Source: Escherichia phage ZCEC14 | Length of the DNA: 64,000 nucleotides | Reading direction: 5' to 3' (one strand) | Sequence record: OP168898.1 | Shown: positions 1 to 9,533 of the stretch, piece by piece | How the letters are laid out: every line of letters begins with the position of its first letter | Numbering within the stretch: the stretch's first letter is position 1 | The notes under the pieces: model-generated | What the model saw: only the letters and a program-made list of their open reading frames with translations | Told to the model about the DNA's origin: nothing | Database searches by the model: none | Position numbers and translations under genes: made by a program

Positions 1-52
1 GGAAAACTACTGATGTAGTTACTGAATACACTAAAGATTTAGAGGAAATCAA

Positions 53-202
53 ATGAGTCCATTTATAGGTATTACAAGCGCGGCATTAGTATCTGGTGGT
101 ATTTTACTGGCGGGTTTAGGTGTTGTTCCAGCCGTAGCAGGAGGTCTTCTTGCGTTCAGCATTCAACGTGTTATCATGACAGTTATCACAGTCATGCAGT
201 AA
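53..202 (+). CDS. small hydrophobic protein, 49 aa, predicted membrane peptide
   Basis: ATG at 53 six nt after AGAGGA; Gly/Ala/Leu/Val-rich ORF with TAA at 200-202, followed directly by a hairpin terminator; absent from ORF track because <60 aa. Confidence 0.35.
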   Translation: MSPFIGITSAALVSGGILLAGLGVVPAVAGGLLAFSIQRVIMTVITVMQ

Positions 203-207
203 TTTTA

Positions 208-237
208 GGGAGAGCCTCGGCTCTCCCTTTTTTATTT
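208..237 (+). terminator. rho-independent terminator
   Basis: GGGAGAGCC-TC-GGCTCTCCC stem-loop followed by TTTTTTATTT. Confidence 0.7.
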
Positions 238-297
238 CAAAAAATTTTTCACAAAACGGTTTACAACCAAAGCATACTGTGGTACTATACAACTATC
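228..297 (+). repeat. promoter-leader repeat family A, copy 1 (partner at 16718-16786)
   Basis: about 70 nt near-identical to 16718-16786, differing only by an indel in the A/T tract. Confidence 0.85.
259..288 (+). promoter_or_regulatory. T4-type early promoter
   Basis: GTTTACA at 259-265, 17-nt spacer, TGG-TACTAT -10 at 283-288; upstream A/T tract. Confidence 0.6.
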
Positions 298-329
298 AAC
301 TACTGATACAGAATTACGGAGATTAGAAA

Positions 330-965
330 ATGTCTAAAGTAACTTACATCATCAAAGCTTCTAACGATGTTCTGAATGAAAAAACTGCTGCGATTTTAAT
401 TACCATTGCTAAGAAAGATTTCATTACAGCCGCAGAAGTTCGTGAGGTGCATCCAGATTTAGGTAATGCAGTAGTTAATAGTAATATTGGGGTATTGATT
501 AAAAAAGGCCTGGTGGAGAAATCTGGTGATGGATTAATCATTACAGGTGAAGCTCAGGATATTATTTCAAATGCAGCAACTTTATACGCGCAGGAAAACG
601 CTCCGGAACTGCTGAAAAAACGAGCAACTCGTAAAGCTCGTGAAATTACTTCTGATATGGAAGAAGATAAAGACTTCATGTTAAAACTTTTAGATGAAAA
701 TGGATTTGTTCTTAAAAAGGTTGAAACTTATCGTAGTAACTATCTCGCTATTTTAGAAAAACGCACTCACGGAATTCGTAATTTTGAAATTAACAACAAT
801 GGAAATATGCGAATTTTTGGATACAAAATGATGGAACATCATATTCAGAAATTTACTGATATCGGAATGTCATGTAAAATCGCTAAAAACGGTAATGTGT
901 ATCTTGACATTAAACGCTCAGCAGAAAACATTGAAGCTGTAATCACCGTAGCATCTGAACTGTGA
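330..965 (+). CDS. motA: MotA, activator of middle transcription
   Basis: 211-aa ORF matching my recall of T4 MotA (MSKVTYIIKASNDVLNEK...), same length; synteny with arn/asiA. Confidence 0.9.
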   Translation: MSKVTYIIKASNDVLNEKTAAILITIAKKDFITAAEVREVHPDLGNAVVNSNIGVLIKKGLVEKSGDGLIITGEAQDIISNAATLYAQENAPELLKKRATRKAREITSDMEEDKDFMLKLLDENGFVLKKVETYRSNYLAILEKRTHGIRNFEINNNGNMRIFGYKMMEHHIQKFTDIGMSCKIAKNGNVYLDIKRSAENIEAVITVASEL

Positions 966-975
966 GGAATAAATA

Positions 976-1305
976 ATGAACAAGTTAGAAATTGTTAATG
1001 AACTTCGTCGTTGCGCAGAACCTACTCAAGAGGGATGGGACATCTGGTACCATGGGGCTTATCTTGGAACTATTGTAAAGATTAAGACTGGTAAATACAT
1101 GATTATTCGTGAAAGTAAAGATGCTCCAGTAGGTATTCGCAATAATTTCATGGCAGCGATAAGTTCCTTTACAGATTCAGCTTACGAAATTTACCTTGCT
1201 GATTATAAAGAATTCCAGGAATCTCAACCAGTTATTCGCTCAATTGGTGTTAACAAAGCTCAACAGAAAACTTTGTGGCAGCGTATTAAAGGATGGTTTA
1301 AATGA
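976..1305 (+). CDS. hypothetical early protein, 109 aa
   Basis: ATG ORF 10 nt after motA stop, AGGAAT SD-like; no recognisable motif. Confidence 0.55.
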   Translation: MNKLEIVNELRRCAEPTQEGWDIWYHGAYLGTIVKIKTGKYMIIRESKDAPVGIRNNFMAAISSFTDSAYEIYLADYKEFQESQPVIRSIGVNKAQQKTLWQRIKGWFK

Positions 1306-1457
1306 AAACATTTAAAATTGTCGTAGAATTTTATAACGGCGAAGGTGTGGTCCATCTTAAAGCGGTCAACCAATTTGATGCGGTAAGAGTATATTGTCAA
1401 TGCTTTGAAAGTTCTAAACAAGCTATAAAAATTAAAAGTGTTGAGGAAACCAAATGA
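1302..1457 (+). CDS. hypothetical small protein, 51 aa
   Basis: ATGA start/stop overlap with upstream ORF and ATG-TGA overlap with downstream ORF (translational-coupling layout); fills the gap 1306-1453; <60 aa so not in track. Confidence 0.4.
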   Translation: MKTFKIVVEFYNGEGVVHLKAVNQFDAVRVYCQCFESSKQAIKIKSVEETK

Positions 1458-1921
1458 AAACCTTCAAAGAGCGTCTTGAATTATTAGACCTGGCTTTATT
1501 ACGTGAAACTCCAGAAAGTCTAGCAGCTAAATTACAGGCCTATGGCGACTACACCGAATATACGGAAGAGGATGTTTTAGAAGAGGTTCCTGAAATCTGT
1601 TGGCAAGTAGCTCATTGGAACAATAATGAAAAATATCAACGTCGAATTGTGTGTGCAGCCAACCGCTTTAAGTTAAAAGATGGTGGGACTCTGGTTATTC
1701 CTGGTGCTCGTCATTATTCTAAAGATATGGCTGAAGTTCTTGACCAGGTAAGTGATAAACTTGTATCAGACCATGTTTGTGGTGAAGACCAAGGATTTAT
1801 TGACCAGTATAGCAATTACTGGACACGTGAAGAAGCAATGATTATTGCAACTTACGCTGGACAAGTGCGTATTGAACGTGGTGGTAGTGAAAAAGAACTT
1901 TACTCTGAGGACCTTTACTAA
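1454..1921 (+). CDS. hypothetical early protein, 155 aa
   Basis: ATG ORF, coupled to neighbours; acidic N- and C-termini; no confident domain call. Confidence 0.55.
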   Translation: MKTFKERLELLDLALLRETPESLAAKLQAYGDYTEYTEEDVLEEVPEICWQVAHWNNNEKYQRRIVCAANRFKLKDGGTLVIPGARHYSKDMAEVLDQVSDKLVSDHVCGEDQGFIDQYSNYWTREEAMIIATYAGQVRIERGGSEKELYSEDLY

Positions 1922-2217
1922 TGAATATTAAAAAGTTTCAAATTGATGGAATTAAGAATCAAATCCAGGCGTTGGAATATGCCAATAAAATGATGTCAAC
2001 TAATTGGGGAATTTATACAAATGAACCGGCATTTCAGTTCTGTGATATGGAATTCGCCAAAAAGCTCGTAGGAAAAGATTATGTATGTCCATTTAGTTAT
2101 CCAGTAAATGGAATGCTAAAACTTGCTTTACGCGATCTTTATATTGCGATGAACGAAGAGATGATAAAAGAGCTAAAACGTCAACTGAAGGTGATTCAAT
2201 TTGGCCAGGGAAATTAA
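1921..2217 (+). CDS. hypothetical early protein, 98 aa
   Basis: ATG ORF beginning at the TAATG stop/start overlap. Confidence 0.5.
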   Translation: MNIKKFQIDGIKNQIQALEYANKMMSTNWGIYTNEPAFQFCDMEFAKKLVGKDYVCPFSYPVNGMLKLALRDLYIAMNEEMIKELKRQLKVIQFGQGN

Positions 2218-2419
2218 TTCAAAATCCGATTATTTTAATTCTCTCAATGATAAAGATAAAAATCTAATACGGCATTTTATTGTTGAGATGGGATATACTG
2301 ACACACGTGATTTAAGAGAACATATATTTGAATGTGGTGTAGCTAAAAAGTTTTCATTCACATGCAAATGTTTGAGAGAGGTAATTCAGCACTATGAACA
2401 ATTTAGTCGCAAAGCATAA
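2201..2419 (+). CDS. hypothetical ORF, start uncertain
   Basis: track ORF begins with TTG; first in-frame ATG is at 2285 with poor SD. Confidence 0.25.
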   Translation: MAREINSKSDYFNSLNDKDKNLIRHFIVEMGYTDTRDLREHIFECGVAKKFSFTCKCLREVIQHYEQFSRKA

Positions 2420-2502
2420 TTTTAATAAAGCTTCTGTTCATAAGGATAAGAAGAAAGCGTTTAAAGAATCTAATCGCAAACAGAAACATAAGGGGAAGGT
2501 CT

Positions 2503-2781
2503 ATGATTATTGATTCTCAGTCCGTGGTTCAATACACAATCAAAATTGATATTCTAGAAAAGCTATATAAGTTTCTACCAAATCTATACCACTCAATTGT
2601 CAATGAATTAGTTGAAGAGTTACATCTTGAGAATAATGATTTCTTGATTGGAACTTATAAAGACCTCTCAAAAGCAGGATATTTTTACGTAATTCCAGCT
2701 CCAGGAAAAAGTATTGATGATGTATTAAAAACTATAATGATTTATGTCCATGATTACGAAATTGAAGATTATTTCGAATGA
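2503..2781 (+). CDS. arn: Arn, anti-restriction inhibitor of McrBC
   Basis: 92-aa ORF matching recalled T4 Arn (MIIDSQSVVQYT...DYEIEDYFE); AAGGGGAAGG SD. Confidence 0.85.
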   Translation: MIIDSQSVVQYTIKIDILEKLYKFLPNLYHSIVNELVEELHLENNDFLIGTYKDLSKAGYFYVIPAPGKSIDDVLKTIMIYVHDYEIEDYFE

Positions 2782-2930
2782 GTCATAATCTTGAAAAGGT
2801 AATCGAGCATAATGTAGCTCAGGAACGTGAGTCGTTCAAGGAATTCGTAGAAAAAATTTTTGAAGAAAATAACACAGACCAGTTTACAAATCAAGCGTCT
2901 GATGATATTATAACAAAGTCAACTAATTGA
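2778..2930 (+). CDS. hypothetical small acidic ORF, 50 aa
   Basis: ATGA overlap with arn stop; contains the asiA promoter in its 3' part, so may not be translated. Confidence 0.25.
   Translation: MSHNLEKVIEHNVAQERESFKEFVEKIFEENNTDQFTNQASDDIITKSTN
2882..2911 (+). promoter_or_regulatory. early promoter upstream of asiA
   Basis: GTTTACA 2882-2888, 17-nt spacer, TATTAT 2906-2911. Confidence 0.5.
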
Positions 2931-2942
2931 GTGGTATAGTTA

Positions 2943-3215
2943 ATGAATAAAAATATTGATACAGTTCGTGAAATTATTACTGTTGCGTCTATTTTGATTA
3001 AATTTTCCAGAGAAGATATTGTTGAGAATCGTGCTAATTTTATTGCATTTCTGAATGAGATTGGAGTAACGCATGAAGGTAGAAAATTAAATCAGAATTC
3101 ATTCCGTAAAATTGTTTCTGAATTAACTCAGGAAGATAAGAAAACCCTCATCGACGAATTCAACGAGGGTTTTGAGGGTGTATATCGATATCTAGAGATG
3201 TATACAAACAAATAA
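2943..3215 (+). CDS. asiA: AsiA, anti-sigma-70 factor
   Basis: 90-aa ORF matching recalled T4 AsiA (MNKNIDTVREIITVASILIKF...). Confidence 0.9.
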   Translation: MNKNIDTVREIITVASILIKFSREDIVENRANFIAFLNEIGVTHEGRKLNQNSFRKIVSELTQEDKKTLIDEFNEGFEGVYRYLEMYTNK

Positions 3216-3872
3216 TTATTTAGCCCTTCCTAATATTCTGGCCGCCTGAGAACATATTGATTCAAGGCGGTCATTACTTATATGATCATTTCTATACCAG
3301 TACATGGTTATTGTTCCAGCATAGATATTATCCAAATTAAAATATGGACAACTATACATGTAATTTATTTCGGGAGTAGGCTTTTTAGTTGGTAAAAAAG
3401 CAAATTTTGAATTGGAATAATAATGACGTCCATTTAAATGAACTGTATATTCATCCATAGTTTTATCAACAGGATATCCTCCAAGTGATTTTTCACTTAT
3501 TGTTGAAGGTAATTTTCCTTCATATGCTATAATATCAACAAAATAGTTTAAGTTTTTAGGGCGGAAAGAATACACCGCACTAAAGTCTGCCTCAGATGAT
3601 ATGTGAACTATCTGGAGTTGTTCCAGGGCGACAGATTCAAAGCGTGCATTTCTTTCCTTTTCAATAATTTCACTGTATGTTTCATACTTTGATTGCTTAT
3701 AGTACTCAAAGAAACTATCTCCCCTATACCAAACAATCGCCATTATAAACAAAAGAATTACGACAGCTACCCGGGAAGCAAGAACTTTCCCGGTAGCATT
3801 ATCTTTGAACAAGCGATCTAGAACACCCAACAGAATATCAGAGGGCGAAAATGATATTCTAGGTGCTGCCAT
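3216..3872 (-). CDS. t: holin T
   Basis: 218-aa ORF matching recalled T4 holin (MAAPRISFSPSDIL...ARILGRAK); single N-terminal TM segment; converges on asiA with abutting stop codons. Confidence 0.95.
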   Translation of the reverse strand: MAAPRISFSPSDILLGVLDRLFKDNATGKVLASRVAVVILLFIMAIVWYRGDSFFEYYKQSKYETYSEIIEKERNARFESVALEQLQIVHISSEADFSAVYSFRPKNLNYFVDIIAYEGKLPSTISEKSLGGYPVDKTMDEYTVHLNGRHYYSNSKFAFLPTKKPTPEINYMYSCPYFNLDNIYAGTITMYWYRNDHISNDRLESICSQAARILGRAK

Positions 3873-3902
3873 AGACCCTCCTTTTAAGGATATTTATTCA
3901 AA

Positions 3903-4703
3903 TTATACTCTTGGTCCGTAAATTGTTCCAACAGCACCCCAAGTTGGAGAAGACCCAAACACTGCATGACCAGACGCACCACCAACACCAACTTTAAGAA
4001 CTTTACCGCCGTCAGACCATGCATTCTGACCAGCAGCACCAGCATTACCACCAGCGCCGGAGTGTGCGTTACCATAGTCATAACCACCACCCGGACCTTC
4101 ATACGAAGCAGCACCACCGGAATAACCGCCGCCGCCCGCGGCACCGAAAGGTCGACCGCCACCGCCACCGATATCTTGCCAGTTTGCCCCTGAGTGTGGA
4201 CGATATGCAATACCACCGCCACCGCCACCGCCAGCAGCTATAACACCGTAGTTCCAAATACGAAGCCGTCCACCGATATCATTTTGAATAACATGACCGC
4301 CTTGTGTACCGTTACCGTCGCCTCCTGAGTGAGTGTATCCACCATTACCACCACGACCCCACATATGAACACCACCATGAATATTAAGAACAACATATTC
4401 ATTAGGCGTATCACCATACATAAAGAAAAGTGGCACATCTTTAGAATAAGAAACGATATCACCAACAATATTGAATACAATAGGTGCACCGCCAGCTTCA
4501 AAGCATCTATCACGGAACCACTGACCATTAAAATTGTGGTTTGCTGTTACGGTATGAATAATCTCTTTTGAGCGTCCGGCGAATTGGCTCATCCAACAAG
4601 GAACACCCAATCTTAATTGACCAGCCGCTTGACTCATCCATCGTTGTCCTGTTTCATTTACGGATGAACTTCCAATCCAACCGGGAACACCAACTATTGC
4701 CAT
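3903..4703 (-). CDS. 38: gp38 receptor-recognising adhesin, T2/T6 type, glycine-rich
   Basis: ATG at 4703 six nt after GGAG (track start at 4715 is TTG); 266 aa with poly-Gly motifs (GGGGGGG, GGGGG) between variable segments; position downstream of gene 37. Confidence 0.85.
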   Translation of the reverse strand: MAIVGVPGWIGSSSVNETGQRWMSQAAGQLRLGVPCWMSQFAGRSKEIIHTVTANHNFNGQWFRDRCFEAGGAPIVFNIVGDIVSYSKDVPLFFMYGDTPNEYVVLNIHGGVHMWGRGGNGGYTHSGGDGNGTQGGHVIQNDIGGRLRIWNYGVIAAGGGGGGGIAYRPHSGANWQDIGGGGGRPFGAAGGGGYSGGAASYEGPGGGYDYGNAHSGAGGNAGAAGQNAWSDGGKVLKVGVGGASGHAVFGSSPTWGAVGTIYGPRV

Positions 4704-4716
4704 AATTATCTCCAAA

Positions 4717-4729
4717 GGGGCAAAGCCCC
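4717..4729 (-). promoter_or_regulatory. GC hairpin between gene 37 stop and gene 38 SD
   Basis: GGGG-CTTTG-CCCC on the - strand transcript, located between the gene 37 stop (4736) and the gene 38 SD. Confidence 0.4.
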
Positions 4730-4735
4730 TTGTTG

Positions 4736-7684
4736 TTAGAATTTAAAATAATTACTAATTTTGCGAGCAATTTTAGTGAAGAAAGGCGTTTTTAATTCTT
4801 TAATTTCTTCGCTCATTTCTTGGATAGCCTTAATTAAAAGAGCATTCACAGCGGAGTTAGAAATTGTCAGAACATCAGATCCATCAACTTCAACTTTAGA
4901 CACAGCTTCCGGTAATTCTTTTTCAAGATCCTGAGCAATAATACCAACTTCACGTTTAATAACACTACGATCTTTAATAGACTTAACCTTATCGTATGTA
5001 TAAACTTTCAGTCGGCATACTTTTTCAAGTGCTCCGTTTTCTAGCTCTTTTTTATTAATCTTAAGACGACCATCGGAACGAATATACACATCGCTAAAGT
5101 TACCATTACCAGGAGAATAGAAAGTACCGTCGTAATGAAATTCAAATACCGCGTTAGGATGACCAGCATCAGGAGAAGCCTCCGCAGATCCAACACGAAT
5201 AATTGCTTGTCCCCAATTATTAGGGACACGACGAATACCAAGATCGACGGCAGTTACAAACCCTTGATTGGTGATTACACTTCTTCCTTTAATAATTGGA
5301 TAATAACAATCCTGTGAAACATAACCATGATCGACGAATATTGGCGCTTCTACTCGCCATTGGTTGCCCCAATCACCTGGTTGACTAGCAGTCCAACGTT
5401 CACCATGAACATATAATCGAACGTTATTGACATGAGCCATTTCGACGCCTTTTGGACTTAGCGTGATATCTCCTGCGTTTGTAATGTATACACCAGCATT
5501 AGTAGCATAACTATAGAACGCTAATCCATTATCATCACCACCCTTACCAATATACCAGTTACCAGTCCCGTCTACGTCACCACGAATATGCAAAGAATTA
5601 CTAGCAGGTGCTGATAATACAATAGAATCACCTGGGCTTTGAATTGTCAAGCGTCCGGTCATAATATCACCGCTTTTACCTACGCGAGTATTCAAAGCAG
5701 CGTCTAAGTTGGTTGCATCGTTGTATTTCTTCCAGATTGAACCAGCAATGTTACCATCAGTGTTCAAGAATGCTGCGCCAGCATAAACTCGACTTTGTGA
5801 CATGAATCGGCCAGACGGCAAGAAACGCCATGTAGCTAATTCGTTAGCTGTAGTTCCAGTAGCGGATAAATCACCTTGAGCAATGATACGATATTCTGAA
5901 CTAGCAATATCCATACCAGAAGCCATAGTAATATTTGTTACAGTGTTTTTCTGTTTTACAATAGGAGCAAACTGGTTTTTATTTGAATCGTCAATGGCCT
6001 GATATAATGGCGCAATAGTAATATTCTGATTTGCGTAAGTATTTGAACCAGAACCGCTAGCAGGGCCTTGAATATATGATCCCGGAGCAATTGAAATTTT
6101 CTTATTAGCACCAAGATTAATATCAGCGGTGATATTTAGCAATCCCCTAAAGTTTTGTTGAGCAGTCCAAGTATGTGATCCGTCTTCAAGAACAACACGG
6201 CGACAAGTGTTAGTCCTGTTTCCTGGATTTCCAGCTATACGCACAACAAAATAACGGTAGTTTGTTTGGGATACAGTACCACGCCAAACCTGAACAGTAC
6301 GTCCTGTGCCAGTATGTTCGCTAGGACCAACGGAAAACATAACCAGGTTTCCATCAATCGTGCCCCAATCCATATTTGCTGGCATATTCTTTATTTTTTT
6401 CAAAGGAACGCTAAACATACTACCAGGAACAAAATCAAAGGTTTGCCAATCTAACTCCGATAATTGAGCTTTAATACCACCCATACCCAAAGTAATTGGC
6501 AGAGAATAAGATGTATATACTTCGTTCCATGCACCCCACGCACCACCAGTATATGCACGCTCAAAAATACGATCGCGAGTAGTTTCACCCGTTCCGGCAG
6601 TAGTAAATTTTTGGAAAATAGCACCACCAGAAGCACGCTGTTTAACTTCTAGCAAACCAACAATAACGGCTGGTAAACCTTCGCCTGTAGGGCAATTAAT
6701 AACGGCATCAGTGCCTAAAATATTATATAACCCAGGAGTTTTAAAATCATTCAGATCTCCATCATAAAAAGTCGCTGGTGTGACATTACCGACTTGTTGC
6801 CACGGTCCCCATTTAGGCGCAGAAGCATCCCATGCAGCAGCAAGACAGCGAGTATAAACAACACCAGATCTAGTTGTATAACGCTGAGTTCTTGTGTATA
6901 AACCACCCTCAAAAATTTCCAAAAATCCTTGCGCGGCTGCTCCTTCTTCTGGGTAATGACGGTCAAACGATGCAATAGAACTTGAACTATTTCGCCATAA
7001 GCCGCAATGTTCTAATTCTCCCAAGCTATCAAGGTCAATCGTTTGTGAAAGTGGACGAGTTGACGCTTGAACATTACGCCAAACTCCCCACGGACCGTTA
7101 ACACCGTTCCATTTAGCAGACAAAGATCGAACATATACGTTACCAGATCTTACAGTATATCTCTGAGTACCAGCAAATTGACCGGCCACAAATACTTCTA
7201 GTACACCTACGGCATTTTCTTCTGGGAATTTATTTGCCGGTTGCGCATTTGTTGAAGTAGATTTCGACCAAACCCCAAGATATTCTTCAACAGGCCCATA
7301 CTCATCTAAATTAGCATCAACCGGTAATTCGCCGTTATTTTTTATAAACGTTGTGCTATTGACATTTATGTCAGATGGAGTTAGCGTGATATCTTTTGAC
7401 CCATCAAAGGATATACCATTAATTTTCCTAGGTGTTTGCAATTTAGTAGCTGTGCTAGAATTTCCAATTAAAGTTCCAGTTATATTTCTATTAACAGTTA
7501 AAGAACCATCAATTGTTCCTCCATATTTTAAACCTAATTCTATAACATTGCCTGAGTCATCTTTTGTGAAAATTGCTTTATCTTTTAAATTAATAGCCAA
7601 TTCACCTTCGGCTAATACTGAAGCAGCAGGAAGTTGACCTGCGGTTTTGCTTCTTTTAAATTGTATTTGTTTTAAAGTAGCCAT
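4736..7684 (-). CDS. 37: gp37 long tail fibre distal subunit with C-terminal intramolecular chaperone domain
   Basis: 982-aa ORF, Gly/Ser/Thr-rich fibre sequence; last ~113 aa carry the SDGRLK motif typical of self-cleaving chaperone domains; synteny 34-35-36-37-38. Confidence 0.9.
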   Translation of the reverse strand: MATLKQIQFKRSKTAGQLPAASVLAEGELAINLKDKAIFTKDDSGNVIELGLKYGGTIDGSLTVNRNITGTLIGNSSTATKLQTPRKINGISFDGSKDITLTPSDINVNSTTFIKNNGELPVDANLDEYGPVEEYLGVWSKSTSTNAQPANKFPEENAVGVLEVFVAGQFAGTQRYTVRSGNVYVRSLSAKWNGVNGPWGVWRNVQASTRPLSQTIDLDSLGELEHCGLWRNSSSSIASFDRHYPEEGAAAQGFLEIFEGGLYTRTQRYTTRSGVVYTRCLAAAWDASAPKWGPWQQVGNVTPATFYDGDLNDFKTPGLYNILGTDAVINCPTGEGLPAVIVGLLEVKQRASGGAIFQKFTTAGTGETTRDRIFERAYTGGAWGAWNEVYTSYSLPITLGMGGIKAQLSELDWQTFDFVPGSMFSVPLKKIKNMPANMDWGTIDGNLVMFSVGPSEHTGTGRTVQVWRGTVSQTNYRYFVVRIAGNPGNRTNTCRRVVLEDGSHTWTAQQNFRGLLNITADINLGANKKISIAPGSYIQGPASGSGSNTYANQNITIAPLYQAIDDSNKNQFAPIVKQKNTVTNITMASGMDIASSEYRIIAQGDLSATGTTANELATWRFLPSGRFMSQSRVYAGAAFLNTDGNIAGSIWKKYNDATNLDAALNTRVGKSGDIMTGRLTIQSPGDSIVLSAPASNSLHIRGDVDGTGNWYIGKGGDDNGLAFYSYATNAGVYITNAGDITLSPKGVEMAHVNNVRLYVHGERWTASQPGDWGNQWRVEAPIFVDHGYVSQDCYYPIIKGRSVITNQGFVTAVDLGIRRVPNNWGQAIIRVGSAEASPDAGHPNAVFEFHYDGTFYSPGNGNFSDVYIRSDGRLKINKKELENGALEKVCRLKVYTYDKVKSIKDRSVIKREVGIIAQDLEKELPEAVSKVEVDGSDVLTISNSAVNALLIKAIQEMSEEIKELKTPFFTKIARKISNYFKF

Positions 7685-7692
7685 AAGTCCTC

Positions 7693-8343
7693 TTAATAAT
7701 AGCCGAAATCTTGAACAGAATCCTTAATAACAATTTGATCAAATCGTGGAACATGTGAAGGTTGAGATGCAGGATTCTGTGAAAAAAGGTTTGGCGCAGT
7801 CAAATTTCCTGTCATAGTGTCTCCAGAGCGTAATACTCTAGAGTTTGCGTTTGCTGTAACAATATTTATTGCTCCATCAACATAATCTTTACGAGTAGCA
7901 TCTGATGCTGCGGAAGGAGTAGATGTAACAGTTACAGATGGAGCCGTTACAGCCCTAGTAAATGTTGTCAAACCTTCTGGCGTAATAGTAATTTGTCCAG
8001 TAGTGATTTCACTACCCGCAGGTCTAAAACTAATACCGCCAGAAGAGCCGCCAATTACAAGAGTATTACCGGTACCGCCACCGGAACGAATTCGAATTGG
8101 GGTTTCATTATTACTTAATTGAAGATAACTATTTACCCCGTAATTAATAGTAATTGGACCAGTGTAAGTACCACCAGTAGATTTAGAAACGAAATCATTA
8201 TCAGATGCCTGTGGTTTATTATATTCTGAATATATTTTAAATGATTTGTAGAGTACATCGTCACCGGCTGAATTCAACGGAAAATTTCCTTGATGCCAAA
8301 TGACAGATCCACCTACAGTTGAACCTACTTTTAAATCAGCCAT
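7693..8343 (-). CDS. 36: gp36 long tail fibre hinge connector
   Basis: 216-aa ORF in the gene 36 position; T4 gp36 is about 221 aa. Confidence 0.85.
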   Translation of the reverse strand: MADLKVGSTVGGSVIWHQGNFPLNSAGDDVLYKSFKIYSEYNKPQASDNDFVSKSTGGTYTGPITINYGVNSYLQLSNNETPIRIRSGGGTGNTLVIGGSSGGISFRPAGSEITTGQITITPEGLTTFTRAVTAPSVTVTSTPSAASDATRKDYVDGAINIVTANANSRVLRSGDTMTGNLTAPNLFSQNPASQPSHVPRFDQIVIKDSVQDFGYY

Positions 8344-8367
8344 TGTATGCCCCTTTATTTTTAATAT

Positions 8368-8375
8368 TATTTATA
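8368..8375 (-). promoter_or_regulatory. late promoter (TATAAATA) for gene 36
   Basis: TATAAATA on the - strand 25 nt upstream of the gene 36 ATG. Confidence 0.6.
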
Positions 8376-8384
8376 AAGAAAAAA

Positions 8385-8400
8385 GGAACCCGAAGGCTCC
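8385..8400 (-). terminator. hairpin stable only in the - strand transcript, after gene 35
   Basis: - strand RNA GGAGCC-UUCG-GGUUCC (one G-U pair); the + strand version has an A-C mismatch; followed by a U-rich tract. Confidence 0.5.
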
Positions 8401-8406
8401 CTCAGT

Positions 8407-9525
8407 TTAAACTTCTCTAAATTCCTGTCCAAACACTTTACCAGTTTTAGACGATGCCTGTGTAGGAAGTACCATTATATCTGGAGGTGAAGAGGATTCA
8501 CCGATATAATTAACACGAATACCATTGACACCAAATTCAGCAGGTTTTGAAATTCCGCCATTTCTTGATACTTCAGAAAAGCTTAAATTTCTCATGCCGC
8601 CTTGACCTGCTTGAGCAGTTCTTTGTGCATATATCGTAAATCCTACTGCATTTTCAGGAACAACTACATAATCTTCTTTTAATTCCCAAGACCCAGCTTG
8701 CCCAGTAAACTCAGCTTGGGTCGAGGAAATATATCCATTTGATGCATCATAAAAACGAATAGATATATTTGTAGTTCCAAGATCAAGTAAATCAGCATCA
8801 GCATATAGTTGTGCTTTAAGATAAAGAACATCACCAGGAATTAAATTGTAGTCAGAAAGTTTACTTATAGCAGCTGAAGTTGGCAATCGCGCAATTTCAT
8901 TATTAGTTCCTCCAACCGCAGACATAAATTGCTCAACGCTTTCGTATGTTCTTTTAGGAAATCCTGTCGCTTCAACATCTTCTAAACTATCAAATACAAC
9001 ATCTAACATAGTTTGATAGTCATCCGTGCTTTTTCTATTACTTAGTTTAACATGCTCTAATGCAATAGCTCTTTTAGAAGAAGTATAAAAAGCAGCATAT
9101 GATACGTCAAATCTTGACAATACTGAATCTGATGGAAAAACTGAAGTTCCTGCTCCCCTTAACCAAGATACCACTTCAGGAGGAAAATTAACCTTTCCGC
9201 TAGTTAATATAGCAACAAGTCTATTGTTTGACAAAGAATTCATGAAACTAACAAAAGCAGCTGATGTAGTATTATTTGAAGTAGAAAAAGCATATGACTT
9301 ACTATCAACTAATGCTCCTGTGGAAGGGTCAAAAACTCTTAAATGAAGACCTGCGTCGAACGTTTGACTTCCTACAGGATTATCCTGAAATTTAACGTAT
9401 GGTCCTTCTGCAGTAGAAAGCGGGCAAGAACCCGCTATGCTTATTTTATATCTTACTGAATTGCTTTCCGATAAAAATGGCGTTTGGACATATCCTTGTC
9501 CAAACTCTGCCATAAATTTTTCCAT
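8407..9525 (-). CDS. 35: gp35 long tail fibre hinge protein
   Basis: 372-aa ORF matching recalled T4 gp35 N-terminus (MEKFMAEFGQGYVQTPFLSESNSVRYKISIAG...). Confidence 0.9.
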   Translation of the reverse strand: MEKFMAEFGQGYVQTPFLSESNSVRYKISIAGSCPLSTAEGPYVKFQDNPVGSQTFDAGLHLRVFDPSTGALVDSKSYAFSTSNNTTSAAFVSFMNSLSNNRLVAILTSGKVNFPPEVVSWLRGAGTSVFPSDSVLSRFDVSYAAFYTSSKRAIALEHVKLSNRKSTDDYQTMLDVVFDSLEDVEATGFPKRTYESVEQFMSAVGGTNNEIARLPTSAAISKLSDYNLIPGDVLYLKAQLYADADLLDLGTTNISIRFYDASNGYISSTQAEFTGQAGSWELKEDYVVVPENAVGFTIYAQRTAQAGQGGMRNLSFSEVSRNGGISKPAEFGVNGIRVNYIGESSSPPDIMVLPTQASSKTGKVFGQEFREV

Positions 9526-9533
9526 AATACCTC

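Noticed and set aside
3213-3218. Convergent asiA and holin t genes with abutting stop codons and no intergenic terminator
   Set aside because: Unusual at first sight, but this tight convergence is the normal T4 arrangement as I recall, and the two genes are expressed at different times.
3884-4243. Track ORFs 3884-4228 (-), 3966-4193 (+) and 4019-4243 (+), 74-114 aa, with low-complexity His/Arg/Thr/Val-rich products
   Set aside because: They lie inside the gene 38 glycine-rich region, where repeated GGT/GGC/GCC codons keep several frames open on both strands; the products are low-complexity and lack start contexts.
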